From the NCBI GenBank assembly GCA_030704665.1, contig JAUYID010000009.1, positions 522,460 through 586,459 on the forward strand: DNA of 64,000 bases, read 5' to 3'. The position numbers were made by a program, and so were the translations under genes. Source of the DNA: a bacterium (GTDB lineage Bacteria > Patescibacteriota > Microgenomatia > Woykebacterales > RBG-16-39-9b). This document shows, piece after piece, positions 26,697-35,086 of the stretch (position 1 is its first letter; every line of letters starts with the position of its first letter). The notes under the pieces are model-generated. The model did not search any database and was not told where the DNA came from. It saw only the letters and a list, made by a program, of their open reading frames with translations.

Positions 26697-27609
26697 CACC
26701 CCTCCTTGCAATTGTCAAAAAGACATCTTCCAGAGTCGGTTTTTTGACTTCAATGTCGGTGATCCAAATTCCAGCCTCGGAAAGACCGAAAATGACTTTT
26801 GGAATCTGCTTTTCTTTGGTTTTGACTCGAACTGAGTAGCGGTGAGTAAACTCAAAATCTTGTCCTTGTTCTTTGAGAAATTCCTCGACCTTGTCTCGAT
26901 CTCCGTCGAAAGTAAGGTTTAGGGTAGCCGCCTCAATTCTTTTGGTCAGACCAAGAGGTGTATCGGCAGCAAAAATCTGACCGTGATCGAGAAAAATGAC
27001 CCGGTCGCAAAGCCTAGTCACTTCTTCCATGTTGTGGCTGGTGTAAAGAATTGAAACCGAAGAGTTTTTCCTTCTCTCCTCGATAAAGCTTAAAGTCTTG
27101 TCAGCAATATCCGGATCCAGCGACGCGGTCGGTTCATCCATGAGAATTAGCTCAGGATCGTTGAGAAAAGATTTTATCAGGTTCACCCTGGTTTTTTGTC
27201 CGGCGGAAAGATCCCAGTAACGACTGTCTTTGATCGCCTCAATTTCGAAATAGTTGATCAGTTCAGTGATTTTCTTCTTCGCCTCAGAGACTGCATAAAT
27301 TTGAGCAAAGACCAAAAGATTTTCCCAAACCGAAATTCGTCCTTGCAGAGTGTTGAAGGAAGAAGCAAAATTGACTCTTTGGAGAACTTCTTGACGCGCC
27401 TGGGGGAAATCTTTGCCAAAATATTTTATCTTGCCCCCAGTCGCGCTAACAATACCAAGCAGCATGTGGATTGTAGTTGTTTTGCCGGCTCCATTGGGAC
27501 CGAGTAACCCGACTATTTCCCCTCTTGGAACTTCAAAAGAAATATCGTCAACCGCTGTGAAAGAGCCGAATTTTTTGGTTAAGTTCTTTACTTCCAAAAT
27601 ATTTTCCAT
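26686..27609 (-). CDS. ABC transporter ATP-binding protein
   Basis: GPNGAGKTT, LSAGQ, LMDEPT. Confidence 0.93.
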   Translation of the reverse strand: MENILEVKNLTKKFGSFTAVDDISFEVPRGEIVGLLGPNGAGKTTTIHMLLGIVSATGGKIKYFGKDFPQARQEVLQRVNFASSFNTLQGRISVWENLLVFAQIYAVSEAKKKITELINYFEIEAIKDSRYWDLSAGQKTRVNLIKSFLNDPELILMDEPTASLDPDIADKTLSFIEERRKNSSVSILYTSHNMEEVTRLCDRVIFLDHGQIFAADTPLGLTKRIEAATLNLTFDGDRDKVEEFLKEQGQDFEFTHRYSVRVKTKEKQIPKVIFGLSEAGIWITDIEVKKPTLEDVFLTIARRGDDT

Positions 27610-27675
27610 GCAAGGGGTTAGTTTAGATTATTTGCTTGTTTGTGGTCAATCAGCTCTTTATGTATAATTTAATCA

Positions 27676-28038
27676 ATGCCATCCTCCCCTGCCGAAGAGA
27701 CTGGTCAATTTCGAAATCAACTTTTCAATCAAGTCATCGCAACCATTAAATCCGGTTTGGAAACGGGTAGTCTCCGCTCCTCCCGAGCCAGTGAAATTGC
27801 CGATTTTGTTCTCAAAAAACTTCAGGCGAGTCTGACAACGACAGAAATTTATCAACTTGTCCCGACTTTCCGTCAAACTTTTCCCGAACTCAACGAACTC
27901 TCAATTTCGGTCGGGCAGCACTATGAAGAACTGGTCAAAAATGAGGCCTTGCCAAAGGCCCTTGCGCTAATTCGTGCTGGCAAAATACAAGAGGCAAATC
28001 AATTTATGAAATCTCTAACTAGCAAGGAATCAAAATGA
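27676..28038 (+). CDS. Hypothetical protein
   Basis: TATAAT leaderless-type start; coupled to the next ORF. Confidence 0.65.
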   Translation: MPSSPAEETGQFRNQLFNQVIATIKSGLETGSLRSSRASEIADFVLKKLQASLTTTEIYQLVPTFRQTFPELNELSISVGQHYEELVKNEALPKALALIRAGKIQEANQFMKSLTSKESK

Positions 28039-29327
28039 GTCTAGAAGGCGAATCTAGTTTTGAAAAATCTCCTCTTTCTGCTGACGAAAAGCGTAAACTA
28101 GAGCCAATCAGAGATCGAGTTGAAAAAGGCGATCTAGGAGGGTCCGAAGACAGCCCCGACAAGGGCAAGGAAAAGGAACCTGTTGGTCAGGATGAGGAAC
28201 GTCTCCTGAGTTTAATGAAAGAAAAATCAGGTCCAAATGAAGATCCAGAGGAAACTTTACAGACAATTGCGGAATTTCTAAAGAAAGAACGAGGAAAAGC
28301 TGGACCCGAAGAACCAAAAAGTGCTGAAGTAGAGCATTCAGAAACTTCTTCTTTTGCAGAAAGGCTTCAAGAAATTCGAGAAAAAGAAAAAGTCAAAATT
28401 TACGAAGATCCCAGGCAAGACCCAGCGGTTCAAGAGATAGAGCGGGAAATCGGACGCCTAACTGCTAAATACGACGAGGACCGTGATCGCTATCATGCTA
28501 GAACCTCAGACACTAACTTTGATTATAGGCAAGATCGGCAGTTAGCTGAATTCAGAACTTGGGAGAGTTTTACTCGCCGTTTTCCAGAAAAAACCCAGGC
28601 TTATCGAGATAAAGTTCCTCAAATTGAGGATGCTATCGGAAGAATTGAAGAGCGCGATCAAGCTTACCAAGAGAAAAAGCAAAAAGAACAGAGAGCAGAA
28701 AACCAACGGCAGGAAAGAAAAAAGATTTACGAGGACCCAAATCAAGACCCGGCAATCGAACAAACCAGAAAGGAAATCGAGCAGAAAATTGCTCAGCGTG
28801 GAGAATCAGCAGATAGTGTGCTTACGGGCATTTACAAAAAGGTTGATACCGAAAGGGGTTGGGGGAACTTCGCTCTACGCTACCCGGAAAAAGCAACTGC
28901 GTATCAAGACCGAATTCCTGAAATAAATGCTGCTCTTAGCCAACTTAAGACTCACGAGCAAGAAGTGCAAGAAAGGCACCCTGTTGCGTCCGGTGTTGGA
29001 AAGGAATCTGGAGAAGAGCAGCAGTTGCCTCAGGATAGATCTGAAAGTACCCGTGACTTAAACCCACTCGATCCAGAAAGTAGAGTTGAAACCGTTCATC
29101 AGACTGAAGAGACAAGGCAGGAAACTAGAGAAGCCGATTCGGAACTTCTCAAGGACCCAAGGATAAGCTCTGCTTTGCAGGAGTTGATTCAACTTTACTC
29201 TTCTCCACAAGAATTTGACGCTAGGATAAATAAACTTAAAAAAGAGGAGCCTAGTCTTTTCTTACTTTTGATGAAACTAGTTGGGGATATTGCTTCAGCT
29301 GGCGAAAAGCTCAGTGAAGAGGGCTAG
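28035..29327 (+). CDS. Charged hypothetical protein with a duplicated ~80-aa module
   Basis: KIYEDPxQDPA...W..F..R(F/Y)PEK..AY.D..P.I..A occurs twice. Confidence 0.7.
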   Translation: MSLEGESSFEKSPLSADEKRKLEPIRDRVEKGDLGGSEDSPDKGKEKEPVGQDEERLLSLMKEKSGPNEDPEETLQTIAEFLKKERGKAGPEEPKSAEVEHSETSSFAERLQEIREKEKVKIYEDPRQDPAVQEIEREIGRLTAKYDEDRDRYHARTSDTNFDYRQDRQLAEFRTWESFTRRFPEKTQAYRDKVPQIEDAIGRIEERDQAYQEKKQKEQRAENQRQERKKIYEDPNQDPAIEQTRKEIEQKIAQRGESADSVLTGIYKKVDTERGWGNFALRYPEKATAYQDRIPEINAALSQLKTHEQEVQERHPVASGVGKESGEEQQLPQDRSESTRDLNPLDPESRVETVHQTEETRQETREADSELLKDPRISSALQELIQLYSSPQEFDARINKLKKEEPSLFLLLMKLVGDIASAGEKLSEEG

Positions 29328-29553
29328 GAGAGCCAGGGGTGCTCGGCTCTCCTCTTGTCTCATCGCAGTCAAGTTTGTCATCCGGACTGAAGGCAGGGCT
29401 GACCATTCTCGTTGTGGTCACTACAGACCCCTGCAGACTCTTCTCCAAACGATCCTCTGCCCAAACCAGTGCGAGCAGTGTCCCTACAAAGAGCAGGATC
29501 AGGATTAGAAGTGTACTAACGCAGGCAAGCAACACTAGGTGCCCAAGCTTCAT
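29311..29553 (-). CDS. Small membrane hypothetical protein
   Basis: TM helix; AAGGAG SD; ATGA overlap with the upstream ORF. Confidence 0.5.
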   Translation of the reverse strand: MKLGHLVLLACVSTLLILILLFVGTLLALVWAEDRLEKSLQGSVVTTTRMVSPAFSPDDKLDCDETRGEPSTPGSPSPLH

Positions 29554-30140
29554 TTCGCTTCTCCTTCACTCATCTGCAGGGTACCCAATACACGGGGAGT
29601 CGGGGTTAGAGAGAAAACAGGTTCCCCACGACAACCCCAACTAACCAAAACTCCCCTCTTTGGATCTTTCCAACGCACCCGCAAGACGAGTCCTTCTCCG
29701 TAAGGAAACTCGTTCCACCACAAATCCTGGCCCGATGCAAGAATTCCTACTCCTGTGACCAAGACCCCCTGTTCCACAGTGATCATCTCGATCTGAGGAA
29801 GAAGTACCGACCTGGATTCGTTCGTAGCCAGGACGAGCCAGCGAACTCTTTCTCCTATTTGTACCCAATCCGCACCATCTTTTAGACAAGCTTGTGCCTT
29901 TGTTGGCAGCACCCGCAGCGAAGCGTATGTCAATTCGAGCGGTACCGGTGTAGGAGTCGGGCTCGCCTTACTCGAGAAAGAGCTGCTCGAAGCGTACGAG
30001 CTGTCCTCGTAAGGTTGCCCCGCCATCGCAGTACACATCGCAAATAGTAGGGCGACGCAAACAACAATCCCAACGAGACAAACAGCATCAATTGTTCTGT
30101 TGCCAAGCCGTTTCACTGTTTTCCAATCAAGCTTCTTCAC
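29550..30140 (-). CDS. Membrane-anchored hypothetical protein
   Basis: GTG start at 30140 with AAGGAGG SD; TM followed by an S/P/T linker. Confidence 0.6.
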   Translation of the reverse strand: MKKLDWKTVKRLGNRTIDAVCLVGIVVCVALLFAMCTAMAGQPYEDSSYASSSSFSSKASPTPTPVPLELTYASLRVLPTKAQACLKDGADWVQIGERVRWLVLATNESRSVLLPQIEMITVEQGVLVTGVGILASGQDLWWNEFPYGEGLVLRVRWKDPKRGVLVSWGCRGEPVFSLTPTPRVLGTLQMSEGEAK

Positions 30141-30232
30141 GGAAATCCCTCCTTGGCATTCCGAGTCTTTACTTGAGATCAATTATATTGCTTTCGTCAA
30201 AGATTTAGGAAAAAAGGGAAGTTTCTCTATAC

Positions 30233-31024
30233 CTACCAAGAAGGGTTGGAGGTGGTAACTATTTGCTTCCAGGGCCCAGGGGGAACGTCCGCGTCATTGA
30301 CAAACTGCCAGGAAACTTTGCCACTGTCCCCCAGATCAAGAAAATCCCGGACTGCCGGGGAAAGATCGATTCCGGCTCTCAGGCCAAAAGTGTTTTTTGA
30401 TTTAGCACTACCAAAGACATAGTTTACATCGTCACTATCGTTGGGTCCAACATCTTCCCATTGGGCGTAACACACTTTCCCGGCACGAGAAATTTTCACC
30501 CAACGGTTTTTTAGCAAAGATTTACCGAGAGGTAAATTTTTGTCGTACCAATAGACTGTTTTCGCGTTTGCCTTCAACCCCACCTCGTCGAACTCTCCGT
30601 AAGGAAGGGCGAAGTAGAACGGGTTTTCCTTCGGTTTGAAACCCGCCGGCCAGTAGCCGTTGCGGTGGGCCGGATCGTCAACCCCACCAAAATGCTTCTC
30701 CCAGGCCCCATCCCAAGCACTCTTGGTATTGGAAATAAAATCATTGTCCGGCCCAGCCAACTCGCCTACGTAAAAATAGGTAGCCACAATATTGCGGTGA
30801 AGTGGATAGCTGCCAGAGTTTTGCTTTTGCACTGGCGTGTAAAGTTCTGAATCTTGACTAGATTTAAACAAAATTTTGGTTGGTAAAATCGGTTTTTTGA
30901 TCACTCCGGAAATTTTGGCCGGCTTTTCCACTACACTGGAGGAGGCCAGTTTTTCCATCCAGCTTGAAAGAGCCGTAAAAAATAAAACCAAAACAAGAAG
31001 AGCGGCGAAAAGTCGGGAAAGCAT
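30233..31024 (-). CDS. Secreted protein with probable double-psi beta-barrel (RlpA/barwin-like) domain
   Basis: YFALP...NRWVKI...YAQWEDVGP...GIDLSPAV pattern. Confidence 0.55.
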   Translation of the reverse strand: MLSRLFAALLVLVLFFTALSSWMEKLASSSVVEKPAKISGVIKKPILPTKILFKSSQDSELYTPVQKQNSGSYPLHRNIVATYFYVGELAGPDNDFISNTKSAWDGAWEKHFGGVDDPAHRNGYWPAGFKPKENPFYFALPYGEFDEVGLKANAKTVYWYDKNLPLGKSLLKNRWVKISRAGKVCYAQWEDVGPNDSDDVNYVFGSAKSKNTFGLRAGIDLSPAVRDFLDLGDSGKVSWQFVNDADVPPGPWKQIVTTSNPSW

Positions 31025-31085
31025 CTAAAACTAATTATACCAAGAGCTTGCTTGGTTAATAAATTTGAGAAGAAATAATCCAAGT

Positions 31086-31706
31086 TTACTTTTTATCTTC
31101 AAAATTAATCAGGGTAGTTTCGGGCCGGTGAGCAAAAAGGTTTCGGGAAGCAACAATGACTTGGTAGCGAGAGAGCTGAACAGCAAAGATTTTTCTGGAA
31201 AAGGCAAAGAGCCCGAGTCCAAAAGCTAAGGCTAGGGGGTAAAGATAGAGATTGCCCGGACCGGTGTTGGGTAGAGGTTTTTTTGAACCAGTAGTTTTTT
31301 TGGTGGTAGTCAATTTTGGCTCCTCGGTCGATTTTTTAGTCACTTGTGGTGCCGGTGGGGCATTGCCTACGAGCACTGCAACGCTGACCGACTTTTCGCC
31401 AACCAAAGTAATATTGTTTCTGGAATTGTCATCAAAGACAATCTCCCCAGAAGTTCGGTTGGGCTGCAGGTCAGTGACAATATTGGTGTTGGTTTCCGTA
31501 TTGCGAACAGTGTGTTTTTGATCGTCTTCGTTTTTGATCTTGACGACTTCGTTGTTACCGACTTTAAGTTCAGTTGGAGTAAATTTTGCTTCTTTCGTTA
31601 TCGTAATAATTTTTACTTTAGGGTTGTTTCCAAACAGAACGAAGCCAAGCGTGATCGCTCCAATCAAGATCAGTAAAACTAAAATTCCGGAAATAATTCG
31701 CGCCAT
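31086..31706 (-). CDS. Cupredoxin-like domain protein with LPxTG sorting motif
   Basis: FTP.ELKV...V...NED...HTV; LPNTG followed by a TM helix and RK. Confidence 0.65.
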   Translation of the reverse strand: MARIISGILVLLILIGAITLGFVLFGNNPKVKIITITKEAKFTPTELKVGNNEVVKIKNEDDQKHTVRNTETNTNIVTDLQPNRTSGEIVFDDNSRNNITLVGEKSVSVAVLVGNAPPAPQVTKKSTEEPKLTTTKKTTGSKKPLPNTGPGNLYLYPLALAFGLGLFAFSRKIFAVQLSRYQVIVASRNLFAHRPETTLINFEDKK

Positions 31707-31759
31707 GTTTGACAATCTACTACAGATTATAGGCTTTGTAAAGAGGCTACATTTTTATC

Positions 31760-31834
31760 TGGTCGGGGTGACATGGATTGAACATGCGACCTCACGCTCC
31801 CAAAGCGCGCGCTCTACCACTGAGCTACACCCCG
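31760..31834 (-). tRNA. tRNA-Pro(UGG)
   Basis: CGGGGTG/CACCCCG acceptor; CGCGC-TTTGGGA-GCGTG; CCA end. Confidence 0.93.
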
Positions 31835-31933
31835 ACGAAGGAGGGATGCAGAGCTCTTTTGAGATCTACACCCCGAAGTACGAGGGGTCCAGGGTTTTTT
31901 AACTTAAGCTCTTTAAAAAACCCTACACCCCGA
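31825..31933 (-). repeat. Three copies of CTACACCCCGA (tRNA-Pro 5' end), the two extra copies each followed by a hairpin element
   Basis: Copies at 31825-35, 31866-76, 31923-33; hairpins at 31848-68 and 31889-925. Confidence 0.85.
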
Positions 31934-31945
31934 TGTAAATTTAGA

Positions 31946-32003
31946 TGTCATTCTGAGTGATAACGAAGAATCTATGAGAGCCTTCACTGCGTTCAGGATG
32001 ACA
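31946..32003. repeat. REP/MITE-like palindrome of the GTCATTCTGA...TCAGGATGAC type
   Basis: TGTCATTCTGAG...CGAAGAATCT / GAGCCTTCAC...TTCAGGATGACA inverted repeat; a half copy lies at 34745-34762. Confidence 0.7.
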
Positions 32004-32068
32004 GTTGAATCAGCTTATTTTACCAAAAATGGACAGAAAATGCTTTTCTCTTGTAAACTAGAGAAGAA

Positions 32069-32602
32069 ATGAACGAAATTCCTTTTAACCCAGACGAAAT
32101 TTCTAAACCGGGCGACCTAAACGCTGTTCGAGTCGAAGAATCTCAAGAGCCAATTGTGCGCGAAGTGGAACTCGGCGAAAAAGTCGTTCTCAAGGCTCCA
32201 AATGGTGGTGAGCTTGATCTTGGAGTACTAGGACCTGCAACGGGTTACGTCGGTTACGACAAAGCTCAGAAAGTTCTCTTCGGAGCGGTTTTTGATACCA
32301 GGGGTGATGTCAGTGTTGATCTGCAAAAATTTCAAGCACAACTATCCAGACAAGGTGTGACCATAACTGAGGATGCTATCGCGGGAGCCAATCAGTATTG
32401 GACTGACGAGCAACGAGAGGGAACAGAACATATTGACCTGGTACATCAAGGCAAGCAAAATGCCGCCACCATGGTAAAAAGAAACTTTTTTCGAGCTAAT
32501 AAAATGACAGAGTTTGCTGTTGATGATACCTTGGGAGTAAAGTTGGAGCAGGGTAATTTTTCTATCGAACACCAAGAAGTCGAAACCTATCTGCCTGAAT
32601 AA
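32069..32602 (+). CDS. Hypothetical protein
   Basis: 177-aa ORF with -10 box upstream; first gene of the ABC operon. Confidence 0.6.
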   Translation: MNEIPFNPDEISKPGDLNAVRVEESQEPIVREVELGEKVVLKAPNGGELDLGVLGPATGYVGYDKAQKVLFGAVFDTRGDVSVDLQKFQAQLSRQGVTITEDAIAGANQYWTDEQREGTEHIDLVHQGKQNAATMVKRNFFRANKMTEFAVDDTLGVKLEQGNFSIEHQEVETYLPE

Positions 32603-32604
32603 AA

Positions 32605-33492
32605 ATGGCGAACCTAGCAATCAAAATTGAAGAACTCACCAAAGACTTCGGCGCTGAGCGTGGTGTCTTTGATCTCAATTTGGAGGTTGCCCAGGGTGAA
32701 ATTTTTGGCTATCTCGGTCCGAATGGAGCCGGGAAAACAACAACCATTCGAGTTCTTCTCGATTTTGCGCGCCCGAGCCGAGGTAGAGCGGAAATTTTTG
32801 GTCTTGACCACCAGAAAGAAAGTGTCAAGATTCACCAGCGGATTGGCTATCTACCCGGCGAGTATGAACTTTACAAAAATCTGACCGGCGAAGAGTTTTT
32901 GAAATTTCTTGCTTCCTTGCGTGGTGGGGTTGATTGGAAAAAAGTAAAAGAGCTAGCGGAGCGCTTCAATTCGAACCTTTCTCAGCCGATTCGAACTCTT
33001 TCCCACGGTAACAAACAAAAACTGGGTTTGATCCAAGCGTTCATGCATGAGCCGGACTTGCTCATTCTTGACGAACCAACCACCGGACTTGACCCTCTGA
33101 CTCAACACGAATTCTTTCACCTTTTGGAAGAAGCCAAAGCCAAGGGCCAAACTGTTTTCCTTTCCTCCCACATTTTGCCAGAGGTAGAGCGCAGTTGTGA
33201 GCGCGTTGCGATCCTACGCAAAGGAAAATTAGTTGCTCTGGAGACGGTCAAAAGCTTGAAGGAGCGCGCTCTGCGCCCAATCGAAGTTCATTTCAAAGAA
33301 AAACCAGCACAAAAGGATTTCGTTTCTTTGGGTTTACAAAACCTAAACATCGATGGTGAAACTCTCACTTGTACCGTTCCCGGGGATATGGAAAAGTTGA
33401 TTCAAGCCCTCGCCAAATACAAGGTTGCTACCTTGGTGACTCAAGAGCCAAATTTAGAAGAGATCTTCTTGAAGTATTACGGAGAAAGCTAA
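32605..33492 (+). CDS. ABC transporter ATP-binding protein
   Basis: [27 protein letters not shown]. Confidence 0.93.
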   Translation: MANLAIKIEELTKDFGAERGVFDLNLEVAQGEIFGYLGPNGAGKTTTIRVLLDFARPSRGRAEIFGLDHQKESVKIHQRIGYLPGEYELYKNLTGEEFLKFLASLRGGVDWKKVKELAERFNSNLSQPIRTLSHGNKQKLGLIQAFMHEPDLLILDEPTTGLDPLTQHEFFHLLEEAKAKGQTVFLSSHILPEVERSCERVAILRKGKLVALETVKSLKERALRPIEVHFKEKPAQKDFVSLGLQNLNIDGETLTCTVPGDMEKLIQALAKYKVATLVTQEPNLEEIFLKYYGES

Positions 33493-34290
33493 ATGCTGCG
33501 AAATGTTTTTCTGAAAACCCTCAGGGATCAATTTCGACCAATTTTGTTTTGGAGTCTTGGTTTCATTGCTCTGATTTTGATTTATATCGCCCTTTGGCCT
33601 TCGATCCAAGAAAGTGCTGCTGAGCTCCAAGCCTACATCGAAAAACTGCCAGAAGCTTTTCGCTCTGCTTTTGCAACTGGCGAGTACGCCACTCCAGTTG
33701 GGTATATAAATTCAGAACTATTTAGTTTTATGGCTCCCCTCTTTTTCATGATCTTTACTGTCACTTTTGCTAGTGGAACCTTGCTCAACGAAGAAGCTTC
33801 CGGAACAATGAATATTCTTCTGTCCTCACCCCTCCCCCGCTGGAAGCTAGTTCTGGAGAAGTGGTCTGCTATGGTAATCGCAACTCTGATAATTGCTTTC
33901 ATCGCCTGGGAGGGTTTCTTCATCGGGCTTTTGTTTGTTGAAATGGACCTTAACTTGGCAAACATTGTTTTGGCTCTCTTCAGCGCAGCTCTGCTTGCTC
34001 TAGTTTTTGGTACTTTTTCTTTGTTTTTGGCCAGTCTCACTCCGAGCCGTGGATTGGCTGTTGGGGTCACCTCAGTTTTGGTGGTTGCTTCTTATTTATT
34101 AAATGTTTTAGGGCCAGTGGTAGGGCAACTGAAAGACTTTCAACGATACTCCCTTTTTTATTTTTACAACCAAAATAACATCATCCAAAATGGGTTGAAT
34201 CTAACCCATGCAGGTATTCTTGTTTTTCTTACTCTCATTTTTCTCGGGCTATCAATAGCTGCCTTCTCCCGCCGTGATGTCGGTAGGTAA
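33493..34290 (+). CDS. ABC-2 type permease
   Basis: EE.SGT..ILLS.P..R..L...K; C-terminal F.RRDV. Confidence 0.88.
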   Translation: MLRNVFLKTLRDQFRPILFWSLGFIALILIYIALWPSIQESAAELQAYIEKLPEAFRSAFATGEYATPVGYINSELFSFMAPLFFMIFTVTFASGTLLNEEASGTMNILLSSPLPRWKLVLEKWSAMVIATLIIAFIAWEGFFIGLLFVEMDLNLANIVLALFSAALLALVFGTFSLFLASLTPSRGLAVGVTSVLVVASYLLNVLGPVVGQLKDFQRYSLFYFYNQNNIIQNGLNLTHAGILVFLTLIFLGLSIAAFSRRDVGR

Positions 34291-34293
34291 AAT

Positions 34294-34686
34294 ATGCGTG
34301 AAATGGTGGCTGGGATAATAATTGAAAAAGGGAAGGTTCTTCTTGTTCACAACACTAAACATGGCTCTGCTCGAGTCGAACCACCGGGCGGAAAGAAAGA
34401 GAAAAGTGAATCTTTGGAGCAAGCAACAAGACGAGAAGTCAAAGAAGAGTTGGGAGTCGGAATCAAGGTAGGAACACTTTTTAAAACTGAAGTGACAAGC
34501 TCTCCCGAAGGAGATTTCAACGTTTCTATGTTTCTGTGTGAAATTGTTTCCGGAGAGCCGAAACTGACTGAGCCAAACAAAATCTCAAATTTTCGCTGGT
34601 ACACTGCGGAAGAAATAAAAAAGGAAGATAAACTTGTACCAAATCTAGTTGCAATCAAAAATGATTTAATTGCTTTATTAAACTAA
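34294..34686 (+). CDS. NUDIX hydrolase (MutT-like)
   Basis: PGGKKEKSESLEQATRREVKEELG. Confidence 0.88.
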   Translation: MREMVAGIIIEKGKVLLVHNTKHGSARVEPPGGKKEKSESLEQATRREVKEELGVGIKVGTLFKTEVTSSPEGDFNVSMFLCEIVSGEPKLTEPNKISNFRWYTAEEIKKEDKLVPNLVAIKNDLIALLN

Positions 34687-34722
34687 TGTACCACCCAATC
34701 AAACCTTAATTCACTCTTTAAT

Positions 34723-34820
34723 TGGTGCGGACGAGGAGAGTAAACCTTCACTTCGTTCAGGACTGCTTTTTGCTATCAAAAAGTTGAATTCCCACGGCCT
34801 TGCGGCCAGCGGATTTTAAG
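34723..34820 (-). pseudogene. 3' half of a broken tRNA-Leu(UAA) with a 43-nt T-loop insertion
   Basis: Minus strand: CTTAAAATCCGCTGGCCGCAAGGCCGTGGGAATTCAACT[insert ending ACT]CTCCTCGTCCGCACCA. Confidence 0.8.
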
Positions 34821-34844
34821 AACCTTTGGTTCTTGCGAAATTTT

Positions 34845-34930
34845 TGGTGGGCGAGGAGGGAGTCGAACCCTCACAACCTTGCGGTCAACGGATTTTAAGT
34901 CCGTCGCGTCTGCCATTCCGCCACTCGCCC
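34845..34930 (-). tRNA. tRNA-Leu(UAA)
   Basis: ACGGA-CTTAAAA-TCCGT; long variable arm; CCA end. Confidence 0.95.
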
Positions 34931-34946
34931 AAAAATTTCCAAAGTT

Positions 34947-35042
34947 CGCGTGTTGCCAAGGTCACACTAAGTGACCGCAGGATTATAGTGAAACGAATCC
35001 TAAGTTCGAGAACGCAAGTTTCTCTTATTCCGCCACCTCCGC
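34947..35042 (-). pseudogene. 5' part of the broken tRNA-Leu with a three-hairpin D-loop insertion
   Basis: Minus strand: GCGGAGGTGGCGGAAT[~68 nt]TGGCAACACGCG; GCGGAGG pairs 6/7 with CGTCCGC at 34727-33. Confidence 0.75.
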
Positions 35043-35086
35043 AAATACAAGCTCAAATTTTACCTAAATTTACCCAGAATGTCTAT

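Noticed and set aside
31825-31933. CRISPR-like repeat-spacer array
   Set aside because: The repeats are only 11 nt and equal the tRNA-Pro 5' end; the spacers are unequal hairpins; no cas genes are present.
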